Source: a virus
Lineage: Duplodnaviria; Caudoviricetes
Reading direction: 5' to 3' (one strand)
DNA length: 24,843 nucleotides
IMG/VR virus record: IMGVR_UViG_3300027707_000103
Span: 1 to 24,843 of that record
This document shows, one piece after another, positions 15,494-22,883 of this stretch. Position numbers and translations under genes: made by a program. Numbering within the stretch: position 1 is the stretch's first letter; every line of letters begins with the position of its first letter. Below the pieces are notes generated by a model. That model was given only the letters and a program-made list of their open reading frames with translations, was not told the origin of the DNA and made no database searches.

Positions 15494-17923
15494 ATGTCTT
15501 GTCAACCTGGAGATCCTTGCTATGATGCATATTATCAACCTAATTCAAATTGCGGATGTGATAGCGATATTTGTGTTAATTCAGATCATGTAAATTACAT
15601 AGGTCCCAATCTTCCTTGCACAGGAATCAACAATGGTGATACATTAACTGTATCATTAGAAAAAATAGATGACGCTATTTGTAATGTTTCTGGTACATCA
15701 GGAACCTCTGGTCTCACAGGCACAGCAGGAACATCTGGACTATCTGGTACAGCAGGAACAAGTGGTCTATCTGGTACAAGTGGTGTATCAGGAACTAATG
15801 GACTTTCTGGAACTAATGGTACATCTGGTATTACAGGTACATCTGGTATTACAGGTACAGCAGGAACAAGTGGTTCTAGTGGTACAAGAGGAGCAAACGG
15901 TACAAGTGGTACAGCAGGAACAAGTGGAATAAATGGTTCATCTGGAACAAGTGGGTCTAGTGGATCCTCTGGCTCTAGTGGGCAATCAGGAACAGATGGT
16001 TCTTCTGGAACATCTGGTGACACTGGAACTGCAGGTACATCTGGTGACACTGGAACTAGTGGAACAAGTGCTTCTAGTGGAACATCAGGAATAACAGGAA
16101 CATCTGGAACATCTGGATTTACTGGAACTGCAGGTACATCTGGTCTTACAGGCACAGCAGGAACTAGTGGAACGAGTGCTTCTAGTGGAACATCAGGAAT
16201 AACAGGAACATCTGGAACATCTGGATTTACTGGAACTGCAGGTACATCTGGTCTTACAGGCACAGCAGGAACTAGTGCTTCTAGTGGAACAGCAGGACAA
16301 GATGGAGATAGATATTTAACATCTTCTGTCACATCTTTATTAATAGGAACTGGATCAAAGAGTTTAACAGTAGGAACAGGACTAGCATATAGTATTGCAC
16401 AACCAGTCATTATAGTGTATGATGTAAGTAATACAATGCAAGGAACTGTCACCTCTTACAATAGTGGAACAGGTGCTATGATAGCTAATATCACCACTGT
16501 AGTGGGTTCAGGAACTTATGCTGCATGGACAGTGAATCTGTTTGGTGCAGCTGGTGGTGATGGTACATCAGGTACAAGCGGAAATTCAGGCAGTAGTGGT
16601 ACATCTGGAAGTTCAGCAACTAGTGGAACTAGTGGTTCTTCAGCAACTAGTGGAGCGAATGGTTCATCTGGAACTAGTGGAGCAAATGGAGCAAATGGTT
16701 CTTCAGGAACTAGTGCTACATCTGGAAGTTCAGGAAGTTCTGGAAGTTCAGGAAGTAGTGCTTCTAGTGGAACAAGTGCTTTAAGTGGTTCTTCAGGAAC
16801 CAGTGGAGCAAATGGTTCATCAGGAACAAGTGGAGCTAATGGTTCAAGTGGAACTAGTGGTGGAATAGGTGCACCTGGTTCATCAGGAACTAGTGGAGCA
16901 AATGGTTCTAGTGGAACAGCTGGAGCAAACGGTTCTAGTGGTATTAGTGGTTCAAGTGGTGTTAGTGGTTCATCAGGAACCAGTGCGTCTAGTGGATCTA
17001 GTGGATCAAGTGGTTCAAGTGGATCTAGTGCAACCAGTGGAGCAAATGGTTCTAGTGGAACTAGTGGAGCAAATGGTACAAGTGGATCTAGTGGATCTAG
17101 TGGTTCTAGTGGATCTAGTGGATCTAGTGGAACCAGTGCGTCTAGTGGTTCTAGTGGAAGCAGTGGATCTAGTGGTTCTAGCGGTTCAAGTGGAACCAGT
17201 GGAGCAAATGGTTCTAGTGGAACCAGTGGTTCAAGTGGTTCAAGTGGTTCTTCAGGAACTAGTGCTTCTAGTGGTTCTAGTGGTTCTAGTGGTTCAAGTG
17301 GTTCTAGCGGTTCAAGTGGAACTAGTGGAGCAAATGGTTCTAGTGGAACCAGTGGTTCAAGTGGATCTAGTGGTACATCTGGAACCAGAGGGTCTAGTGG
17401 TTCTAGTGGAACAAGTGGAGCAAATGGAACTAGTGGTTCTAGTGGTTCAAGTGGATCTAGTGGTTCTAGTGGAACTAGTGGAGCAAACGGTACAAGTGGA
17501 TCTAGTGGTTCAAGTGGATCTAGTGGTTCTAGTGGAACTGGATTTACAACTATCTCTCCAGCAACTGCAGGAGCAATAGTTATATGTACTAATGCAAACT
17601 CTGGATATACAAACTCACTTGTAACTGTAAGTGGTAATTCAATATATGCAGACTCTTTCTTCCAAAATTCTGATTCAAGACTTAAAGATGTTAACACTAT
17701 AGTTTCTTCAGAAGATTTACAAACTGTATCATTTACTTGGAAAGATAATAGAGATAATAACATTCATTGGGGATATATTGCACAAGAAGTACAACAAGTA
17801 TTACCAGATGCTGTAGAAGAAAAACAAGATGGGTTCTTAGTAGTGGATTATACACAAGTACACAGCTGGAAGATTGCTCAATTAGAAAAACGTATTGCAG
17901 AACTAGAAGCTAAATTAAAATAA
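15494..17923 (+). CDS. Gly-X-Y (GTS/GSS) repeat fibre protein with C-terminal intramolecular chaperone (peptidase S74-like)
   Basis: Two long Gly-every-third-residue blocks; C-terminal SDSRLKD...[16 protein letters not shown]...VDY plus terminal coiled coil is the S74 autocleaving chaperone signature. Confidence 0.85.
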   Translation: MSCQPGDPCYDAYYQPNSNCGCDSDICVNSDHVNYIGPNLPCTGINNGDTLTVSLEKIDDAICNVSGTSGTSGLTGTAGTSGLSGTAGTSGLSGTSGVSGTNGLSGTNGTSGITGTSGITGTAGTSGSSGTRGANGTSGTAGTSGINGSSGTSGSSGSSGSSGQSGTDGSSGTSGDTGTAGTSGDTGTSGTSASSGTSGITGTSGTSGFTGTAGTSGLTGTAGTSGTSASSGTSGITGTSGTSGFTGTAGTSGLTGTAGTSASSGTAGQDGDRYLTSSVTSLLIGTGSKSLTVGTGLAYSIAQPVIIVYDVSNTMQGTVTSYNSGTGAMIANITTVVGSGTYAAWTVNLFGAAGGDGTSGTSGNSGSSGTSGSSATSGTSGSSATSGANGSSGTSGANGANGSSGTSATSGSSGSSGSSGSSASSGTSALSGSSGTSGANGSSGTSGANGSSGTSGGIGAPGSSGTSGANGSSGTAGANGSSGISGSSGVSGSSGTSASSGSSGSSGSSGSSATSGANGSSGTSGANGTSGSSGSSGSSGSSGSSGTSASSGSSGSSGSSGSSGSSGTSGANGSSGTSGSSGSSGSSGTSASSGSSGSSGSSGSSGSSGTSGANGSSGTSGSSGSSGTSGTRGSSGSSGTSGANGTSGSSGSSGSSGSSGTSGANGTSGSSGSSGSSGSSGTGFTTISPATAGAIVICTNANSGYTNSLVTVSGNSIYADSFFQNSDSRLKDVNTIVSSEDLQTVSFTWKDNRDNNIHWGYIAQEVQQVLPDAVEEKQDGFLVVDYTQVHSWKIAQLEKRIAELEAKLK
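15692..16309 (+). repeat. 9-nt period coding repeat block 1 (G-T-S/G-T-A rich) containing a 108-bp tandem duplication
   Basis: GGN-ACN-TCN/AGT units; 16052-16159 is repeated at 16160-16267 almost exactly. Confidence 0.9.
16544..17542 (+). repeat. 9-nt period coding repeat block 2 (G-S-S/G-T-S/G-A-N)
   Basis: GGWTCWAGT-type units over ~1 kb; 126-bp higher-order duplication starting at 17129 and 17255. Confidence 0.9.
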
Positions 17924-18696
17924 TGCAAACAACTAATGCTTTAGTAACATATACAGATTTAACTACAATGGGGCTCCCTCCAATAGGAACACCCCCTACA
18001 GGTAATCAAATTGCTACTAAACAATTTATAGTTAATAATTATTATGTAGATCAATCTGTTTCTCCATTCTCTACTTATTCATCTAATAGATGTCCTATAT
18101 ATCAAAGTATAGTTCCATTAAGTCCATTACCATATTCGTATACATTATATTATGATTATAATGATACATTACCTGTTGTCATAGGATTTACAGTTCCACA
18201 AGATGCTTGTACAGCAGTTAATTCATTTACTGTATATTCTAGTTCAAGTTCAATAAGTATTGGAACTGTTCTTTATTATAATTTATATGGAACAATTCAA
18301 ATACAAGCTAATCCAAGCAGTACACCATCTCAAAATTATTATAGTATAGATAATAATATTATACAATTCTCTGATAACTGTACTGTTGGTTCAATATCTG
18401 CTTGTGCACCACCTACAACAACAACTACTACAACTGCTGCTCCTGTTGTATATACAATTGATTCATTTGGTACAGGATCTTCTTTTGATGCTTGTACTTA
18501 TGGTAGTCCATCAATTACTGTTTATGCATCACCGGGTTATACTGTGCCTATGGTTGGAATGATTTTTTATGATAGCTCAAGCTTAACAACCCCTTATGTT
18601 GGCGGTTCAGGTTGGCGCAAGTTTACAAACGGTGTTACAAATTATGCAGGAGAAGTTGACGTTAATGGAGAACTTACAAATTATACAACTTGTTAA
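17923..18696 (+). CDS. putative virion appendage protein with two tandem modules and a Thr linker
   Basis: TAATG-coupled to the fibre gene; Ser/Thr/Tyr-rich, few charged residues; internal repeat DAC...TVY...G...Y. Confidence 0.65.
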   Translation: MQTTNALVTYTDLTTMGLPPIGTPPTGNQIATKQFIVNNYYVDQSVSPFSTYSSNRCPIYQSIVPLSPLPYSYTLYYDYNDTLPVVIGFTVPQDACTAVNSFTVYSSSSSISIGTVLYYNLYGTIQIQANPSSTPSQNYYSIDNNIIQFSDNCTVGSISACAPPTTTTTTTAAPVVYTIDSFGTGSSFDACTYGSPSITVYASPGYTVPMVGMIFYDSSSLTTPYVGGSGWRKFTNGVTNYAGEVDVNGELTNYTTC

Positions 18697-18707
18697 ATAA
18701 ATAAAAA

Positions 18708-19265
18708 ATGACAGTAACAATAATTCTCACATTAGCAGGAAATGATACAGGTCCCTTTGATTTGTATTCAGATGTAGATGGATATACAAGTGCATTTATA
18801 GTAGGAGTGTCTAGAGGTGTATTAGTAACAGGACTTACAACAGGAACAGTTCCTGATGGAACTACAAATATATTAGTACAATCTACAGGGGCTTGTGAAA
18901 GAGATCTTTATTTAACAGTGGCTGGAGCACCAACTACCACCACTACCACTAGCACTACAACTTCTACCACTACAACCATTGCTCCTTCTGAATATATATT
19001 AGCTCAAATAGGAACATATGCTAATCCAGCATCTGGATGTAGTCTTGGTACAATATTAAGAATATTCTTAGATGCTGCTGACTATGCTTTGTTTGTAGCC
19101 AATTTTAATTCATTTGGAGGTATAGGAGGTGGAGGACCAAACACTTGTACAGCAATTGCTAGAAATAGCACAGGTGCTGTCATCACTGGTTATCTATTTG
19201 ATTATGATAATGTTTGTTGGGAACTTATAAATGGAAACTTCACTTATAACTCTATGCAATGTTAA
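18708..19265 (+). CDS. putative virion appendage protein with Thr-rich linker
   Basis: N-terminal beta domain (GNDTGPFDLYSDVDGY...VPDGTTNILVQSTGAC), poly-Thr linker, distinct C-terminal domain. Confidence 0.65.
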   Translation: MTVTIILTLAGNDTGPFDLYSDVDGYTSAFIVGVSRGVLVTGLTTGTVPDGTTNILVQSTGACERDLYLTVAGAPTTTTTTSTTTSTTTTIAPSEYILAQIGTYANPASGCSLGTILRIFLDAADYALFVANFNSFGGIGGGGPNTCTAIARNSTGAVITGYLFDYDNVCWELINGNFTYNSMQC

Positions 19266-19303
19266 TTGAATAAAAAACCCTGTTTATTGGTTTACAGGGA
19301 GTC

Positions 19304-19337
19304 CTCCTGGCCTTTCTAGGCTGGGAGTTTTTGTTTT
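19304..19337 (+). terminator. intrinsic terminator (preceded by a second hairpin CCCTGT/ACAGGG at 19278-19299)
   Basis: Stem CTCCTGGCCT/AGGCTGGGAG (two G-U pairs), loop TTCT, followed by TTTTTGTTTT. Confidence 0.85.
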
Positions 19338-19342
19338 AGCTC

Positions 19343-19379
19343 TAATCAGATTGATTAATGTATATAATCAAATTAGTTA
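19343..19379. promoter_or_regulatory. tandem operator-like palindromes TAATCAGATTGATTA and TAATCAAATTAGTTA
   Basis: Two 15-mers with starts 22 bp apart; the first has perfect TAATCA/TGATTA arms around a 3-nt spacer; third copy at 232. Confidence 0.6.
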
Positions 19380-19385
19380 ATTAAA

Positions 19386-19418
19386 TTTGGTGAATATCAA
19401 ATAATTTCCCTATCTTTA
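19386..19418 (+). promoter_or_regulatory. Bacteroidota-type promoter
   Basis: TTTG at 19386-19389, 21-nt spacer, TATCTTTA at 19411-19418 (one mismatch to TAnnTTTG); lies after a terminator and before ATG 19445. Confidence 0.6.
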
Positions 19419-19444
19419 CACTAATTTAACTAAATTAAACTTAT

Positions 19445-20695
19445 ATGTCTGAAACTCAACCCCTTTTAGAACAGCTTGAGCAAATGTTACATTGGAAGAA
19501 ATCAAAGAAATTCTATGCTGACAAATTAGGAATTACAGAAACAGAGATTGATGAATTACTAGTAGATATAAAAAAGAGAGAAAAGGCTGAGGAAGATGCG
19601 GAAATTGGAACCTACATATCTGATCTAGAGAATACAGTGGTTAAGTTCACTGAAGATATGATAAAGGGTACAGGAGAGATTGTAGTTAATGTTAAAGAAG
19701 AAATTAGAAGTTTAGAGGATCTTATAGAGAAATGTAAAATAGACACAACAAAGTGGGATATAACTAAATATGTACAGAATTTCTGGGGTAATGAAGATAA
19801 TCCTCGATGGCAAGTAAAAGCCTGGTTAGGAAAAAAGTCTACAGAGCAAGTCTTTCAAGACTATTTTGTAGACTTTTTAGCTTCATATGAGCCTGTGAGT
19901 CAAGCAGTTATGGGTCCTAAGTTTGTTCCAAGTAAGTCGCATGCGAGCTTAGTTATCAACAAACAAGACTCACATTTGAACAAATTTGATGTAGATGGGA
20001 ATAATGATATAGAAGATAGGTTTGCTAGAATGATGTTTAAGACAGAGACTATTATCACCCAAGCTCAACTATCTAACAATCTAGACCACATTATTTATAT
20101 CATTGGTTCTGATGAGTTTAATAGTGAGCACACTAATAACACTACAAAAGGAACTCCTCAAACTAACATACATACATATCATGAGGGATTTTTAAAGATA
20201 TGTAACCATGAGATTCTTGTAATTACAATGTTATTACAATATGCCAAAAATGTTAGTGTAGTGTATGTATCAGGTAATCATGATGAATATGTAGGTTGGC
20301 ATATGGTTAATTGGTTACAAACCTATTTTAGAAAAGAAGAAAGAGCTGACTTTAACATCAGCCCTAAATATAGAAAATACGTAGGATATGGTAATTCAGC
20401 ACTAATGTTCAACCATGGAGATGCTATTAAGCCTGCAAAACTTGCTGGTATATTTCCAATGGAGTTTAAGGAAAATTGGTCTAATTATAACAACTTCTAT
20501 ATATTCACAGGAGACAAACACCATGAGGTGAGTCTTGATTTTAACGGTATTAAATTTTACCAAATTCCAGCTTTCTCTAATTCTAAGAGTCTTTGGGATG
20601 ATAAGAATGGTCACGTAATGTCTAAGGGAGAAGTGACAGCATTCTTGATAGATGAGAATGATGGAATGACAAATATATTCAAACAGTATTTATAA
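19445..20695 (+). CDS. calcineurin-like metallophosphoesterase with N-terminal HTH-like region
   Basis: Five metal-binding motifs in order: DSH, GSDEFN, GNHD, FNHGD, GDKHH; N-terminal KKFYADKLGITETEID resembles an HTH. Confidence 0.85.
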   Translation: MSETQPLLEQLEQMLHWKKSKKFYADKLGITETEIDELLVDIKKREKAEEDAEIGTYISDLENTVVKFTEDMIKGTGEIVVNVKEEIRSLEDLIEKCKIDTTKWDITKYVQNFWGNEDNPRWQVKAWLGKKSTEQVFQDYFVDFLASYEPVSQAVMGPKFVPSKSHASLVINKQDSHLNKFDVDGNNDIEDRFARMMFKTETIITQAQLSNNLDHIIYIIGSDEFNSEHTNNTTKGTPQTNIHTYHEGFLKICNHEILVITMLLQYAKNVSVVYVSGNHDEYVGWHMVNWLQTYFRKEERADFNISPKYRKYVGYGNSALMFNHGDAIKPAKLAGIFPMEFKENWSNYNNFYIFTGDKHHEVSLDFNGIKFYQIPAFSNSKSLWDDKNGHVMSKGEVTAFLIDENDGMTNIFKQYL

Positions 20696-21426
20696 TGGCA
20701 ACATTAAGGAAATTCGTATCAGATGTAAGAGCAATGCATAAATTGCTTTCTACAGACAATCTTTTAACTGATAGAGCAATAGCTTCTGAAGTTAAAAATA
20801 ACACACAATTGTTGATTAAGCGTGAAACAAATCTCAGAAAGCTTTGGGCTACTGACACTGTATTCAATACACTTCCATGTCTTGAAATGATTGAGGTGCC
20901 TATTTCTGATTGTTGTGAATATGTTGATCCTTGTAATGTAGCTAGAAGTAAATTTAAACTTCCTCGTATAAGTGAAGGAAATTATCAATATCTTATTCAG
21001 GGTGTTTATTCTATTAACGCTATGGGTGGTAGAGCTAGAAAGTTTAAAGAGATTACAATCAATAGATATTTAAATCTATTAAAACTTCCTATTATCAAGA
21101 ATGATCAATATTATTGGATAGCTAATGGAGGATTTTTATATATTAACAATCCTAATTTACAATCTGTAAGAATCTCTGCATTCTTTGAAGAAGATTTAAC
21201 TAACGATATTTTATATCCTTCTTGTGGATGTGGAAATGTAGTTTATACAACAGATGAACTTTGTCAAAATCCTTTAGATAGGGAATACGGTTGCCCTGGT
21301 TATTTAGAAAAACAAGTGTTAGAACTAACCTCTCAAAAATTATTATCTACTTATTTTCAAATTAAAAATGATATGACTGTTAATAACATAGATGGTCAAT
21401 CTCCTAATGCTCAACCAACTAGCTAA
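20695..21426 (+). CDS. virion ring/neck structural protein (crAss-like)
   Basis: LTDRAI...LLIKRE, PCLEMIEVP, YYWIANGGFLYI...SVRISAFFEED, EYGCPGYLEKQVLEL pattern resembling crAss-like ring proteins; TAATG-coupled on both sides. Confidence 0.6.
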   Translation: MATLRKFVSDVRAMHKLLSTDNLLTDRAIASEVKNNTQLLIKRETNLRKLWATDTVFNTLPCLEMIEVPISDCCEYVDPCNVARSKFKLPRISEGNYQYLIQGVYSINAMGGRARKFKEITINRYLNLLKLPIIKNDQYYWIANGGFLYINNPNLQSVRISAFFEEDLTNDILYPSCGCGNVVYTTDELCQNPLDREYGCPGYLEKQVLELTSQKLLSTYFQIKNDMTVNNIDGQSPNAQPTS

Positions 21427-21905
21427 TGCCTAGAGTCCATATAGAGTGGCGAAGTTCTAGTAAAGAAAACTACATTAATTTCTGTAAAAAGAACCCAAAC
21501 ATTATAATTACATTTAATGAATGGAAAAATATTGTATATCAATACAATGAGTATTTCAAGAATTATATATTAGAAACTGGAGAGAAAGCAAGACTTCCTT
21601 TTGGATTTGGTGAATTCTCTATTAATAAGAAGAAGAGAAAGAAGTTTAAGAATATTAAGGGTGAAGAATATATTAACCTACCAGTAGACTGGCAAAGGAG
21701 TAGAGTGAAGGGTAAACGTATTTATAATTTTAACTATCATACAGAAGGATATTTCTTTGGTTGGATGTGGTTTAAAGAGTCTGCTAGAATAAAGAATGTA
21801 GACCTTTGGTATTTTAAACCTTCTCGCACTACATCAAGACTATTATCACATTACATACAAACTGACAATAAATATCAAAATATTTATATGCAGTGGAAAA
21901 AATAA
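21426..21905 (+). CDS. divergent IHF/HU-like protein (crAss-like tail module)
   Basis: ILETGEKARLPFGFGEFSINKKK, then VDW...YNFNYHTEGY and WYFKPSR; very basic; sits before the tail tubular gene as in crAss-like phages. Confidence 0.7.
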   Translation: MPRVHIEWRSSSKENYINFCKKNPNIIITFNEWKNIVYQYNEYFKNYILETGEKARLPFGFGEFSINKKKRKKFKNIKGEEYINLPVDWQRSRVKGKRIYNFNYHTEGYFFGWMWFKESARIKNVDLWYFKPSRTTSRLLSHYIQTDNKYQNIYMQWKK

Positions 21906-21911
21906 AACAAA

Positions 21912-22868
21912 ATGTCATACTATTACAAGTATAATTTCATCTCTCCTGAATCGGTTTATGCCACTGTTAAAGAAGAGTTAAAAAGCTATTTTGACACAGG
22001 TGCTGTGGATGATTTGCTTTTCCCAACCTATTTAGATAAATGTCTAAGAAAATTAGGTAGGTCTTCATATGTTATAAGTGAAGACATTCTTGATATATCA
22101 GACTTTCAAGCTAGGCTACCAGATAACTTTATTGCTGTTAGAGAAGCATGGATGTGTACAGAGATCCCTCTTCGTCCTTATCAAGATTCTACATCCTTCT
22201 ATTCCCAAGCTTCTTCCCAAACCACTATTCAAATCTCTCCTCTTACAATAGGAGGAACTCCTTGTGTAAATGCTGCATGTCAAGATGCTGCATGTACAGG
22301 CACTTGTATGCCTGAACTCATCCAAGCTGTATATAAAACCAACCAATCAGTTGCTAGGGGTATAGCTAAAAGTTATTTGTTAAAACCAGGTAATATATCA
22401 GCAAGATCAAACTGTTCTGTAGAATATACTAATGCTTGGCAATTTGCTTCTGTAGCTCCTTCTGTACATGAATTCACACCAGGATCTGCAGGATATGATT
22501 CTTTTGATATAAGAGATAACAAATTTGTTACTAATTTTAGATGTGGTGTGGTTCATTTGATATTTTATGTTACAGAATATGATTGTACAGGAAATCAAAT
22601 GATTCCAGATAACTATCGTATTAAAGAATTTATAGAACACTTCATTAAATATAAAGTGTTTGAAACACTATCCAATCAGCTCACTGATGAAACCTTTGCA
22701 CAGATACAACAAAAAATGCTGTATTATAAAGGACTAGCAGATGAAGCATTTGTGATGGCTGATATTGAAATAAAGAAACAAACTCCTTGGGCTAAGCAAA
22801 GAAGAATCAAGAATGACTTACAAAGATTTGCCCAATATGAGTTACCTAATAGAAGTAGAAGAAATTAA
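21912..22868 (+). CDS. tail tubular/ring protein (crAss-like Ttub)
   Basis: ARLPDNF, FVTNFRCGVVHLIFY...GNQMIPDNY..KEFIEHFIKYK motifs; directly upstream of the stabilisation gene. Confidence 0.7.
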   Translation: MSYYYKYNFISPESVYATVKEELKSYFDTGAVDDLLFPTYLDKCLRKLGRSSYVISEDILDISDFQARLPDNFIAVREAWMCTEIPLRPYQDSTSFYSQASSQTTIQISPLTIGGTPCVNAACQDAACTGTCMPELIQAVYKTNQSVARGIAKSYLLKPGNISARSNCSVEYTNAWQFASVAPSVHEFTPGSAGYDSFDIRDNKFVTNFRCGVVHLIFYVTEYDCTGNQMIPDNYRIKEFIEHFIKYKVFETLSNQLTDETFAQIQQKMLYYKGLADEAFVMADIEIKKQTPWAKQRRIKNDLQRFAQYELPNRSRRN

Positions 22869-22883
22869 TAAAAAATTTATTAA

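Noticed and set aside
15692-17542. CRISPR array or DGR template/variable repeat
   Set aside because: Repeats are in-frame coding triplets without unique spacers; duplicated units show no adenine-specific divergence and no reverse transcriptase is present in the window.
16869-17579. Alternative-frame ORFs of Val/Leu repeats (also 15669-15932, 16542-16784) suggesting a frameshift product
   Set aside because: Expected from repeat codon composition; no slippery site identified and the frame is broken by stops.
16516-17763. 415-aa antisense ORF (PLEPLD repeats) and the 285-aa antisense ORF at 15595-16452
   Set aside because: Shadow of the GGN-TCN-AGT repeat, whose reverse complement lacks stops in that frame; no independent start signals.
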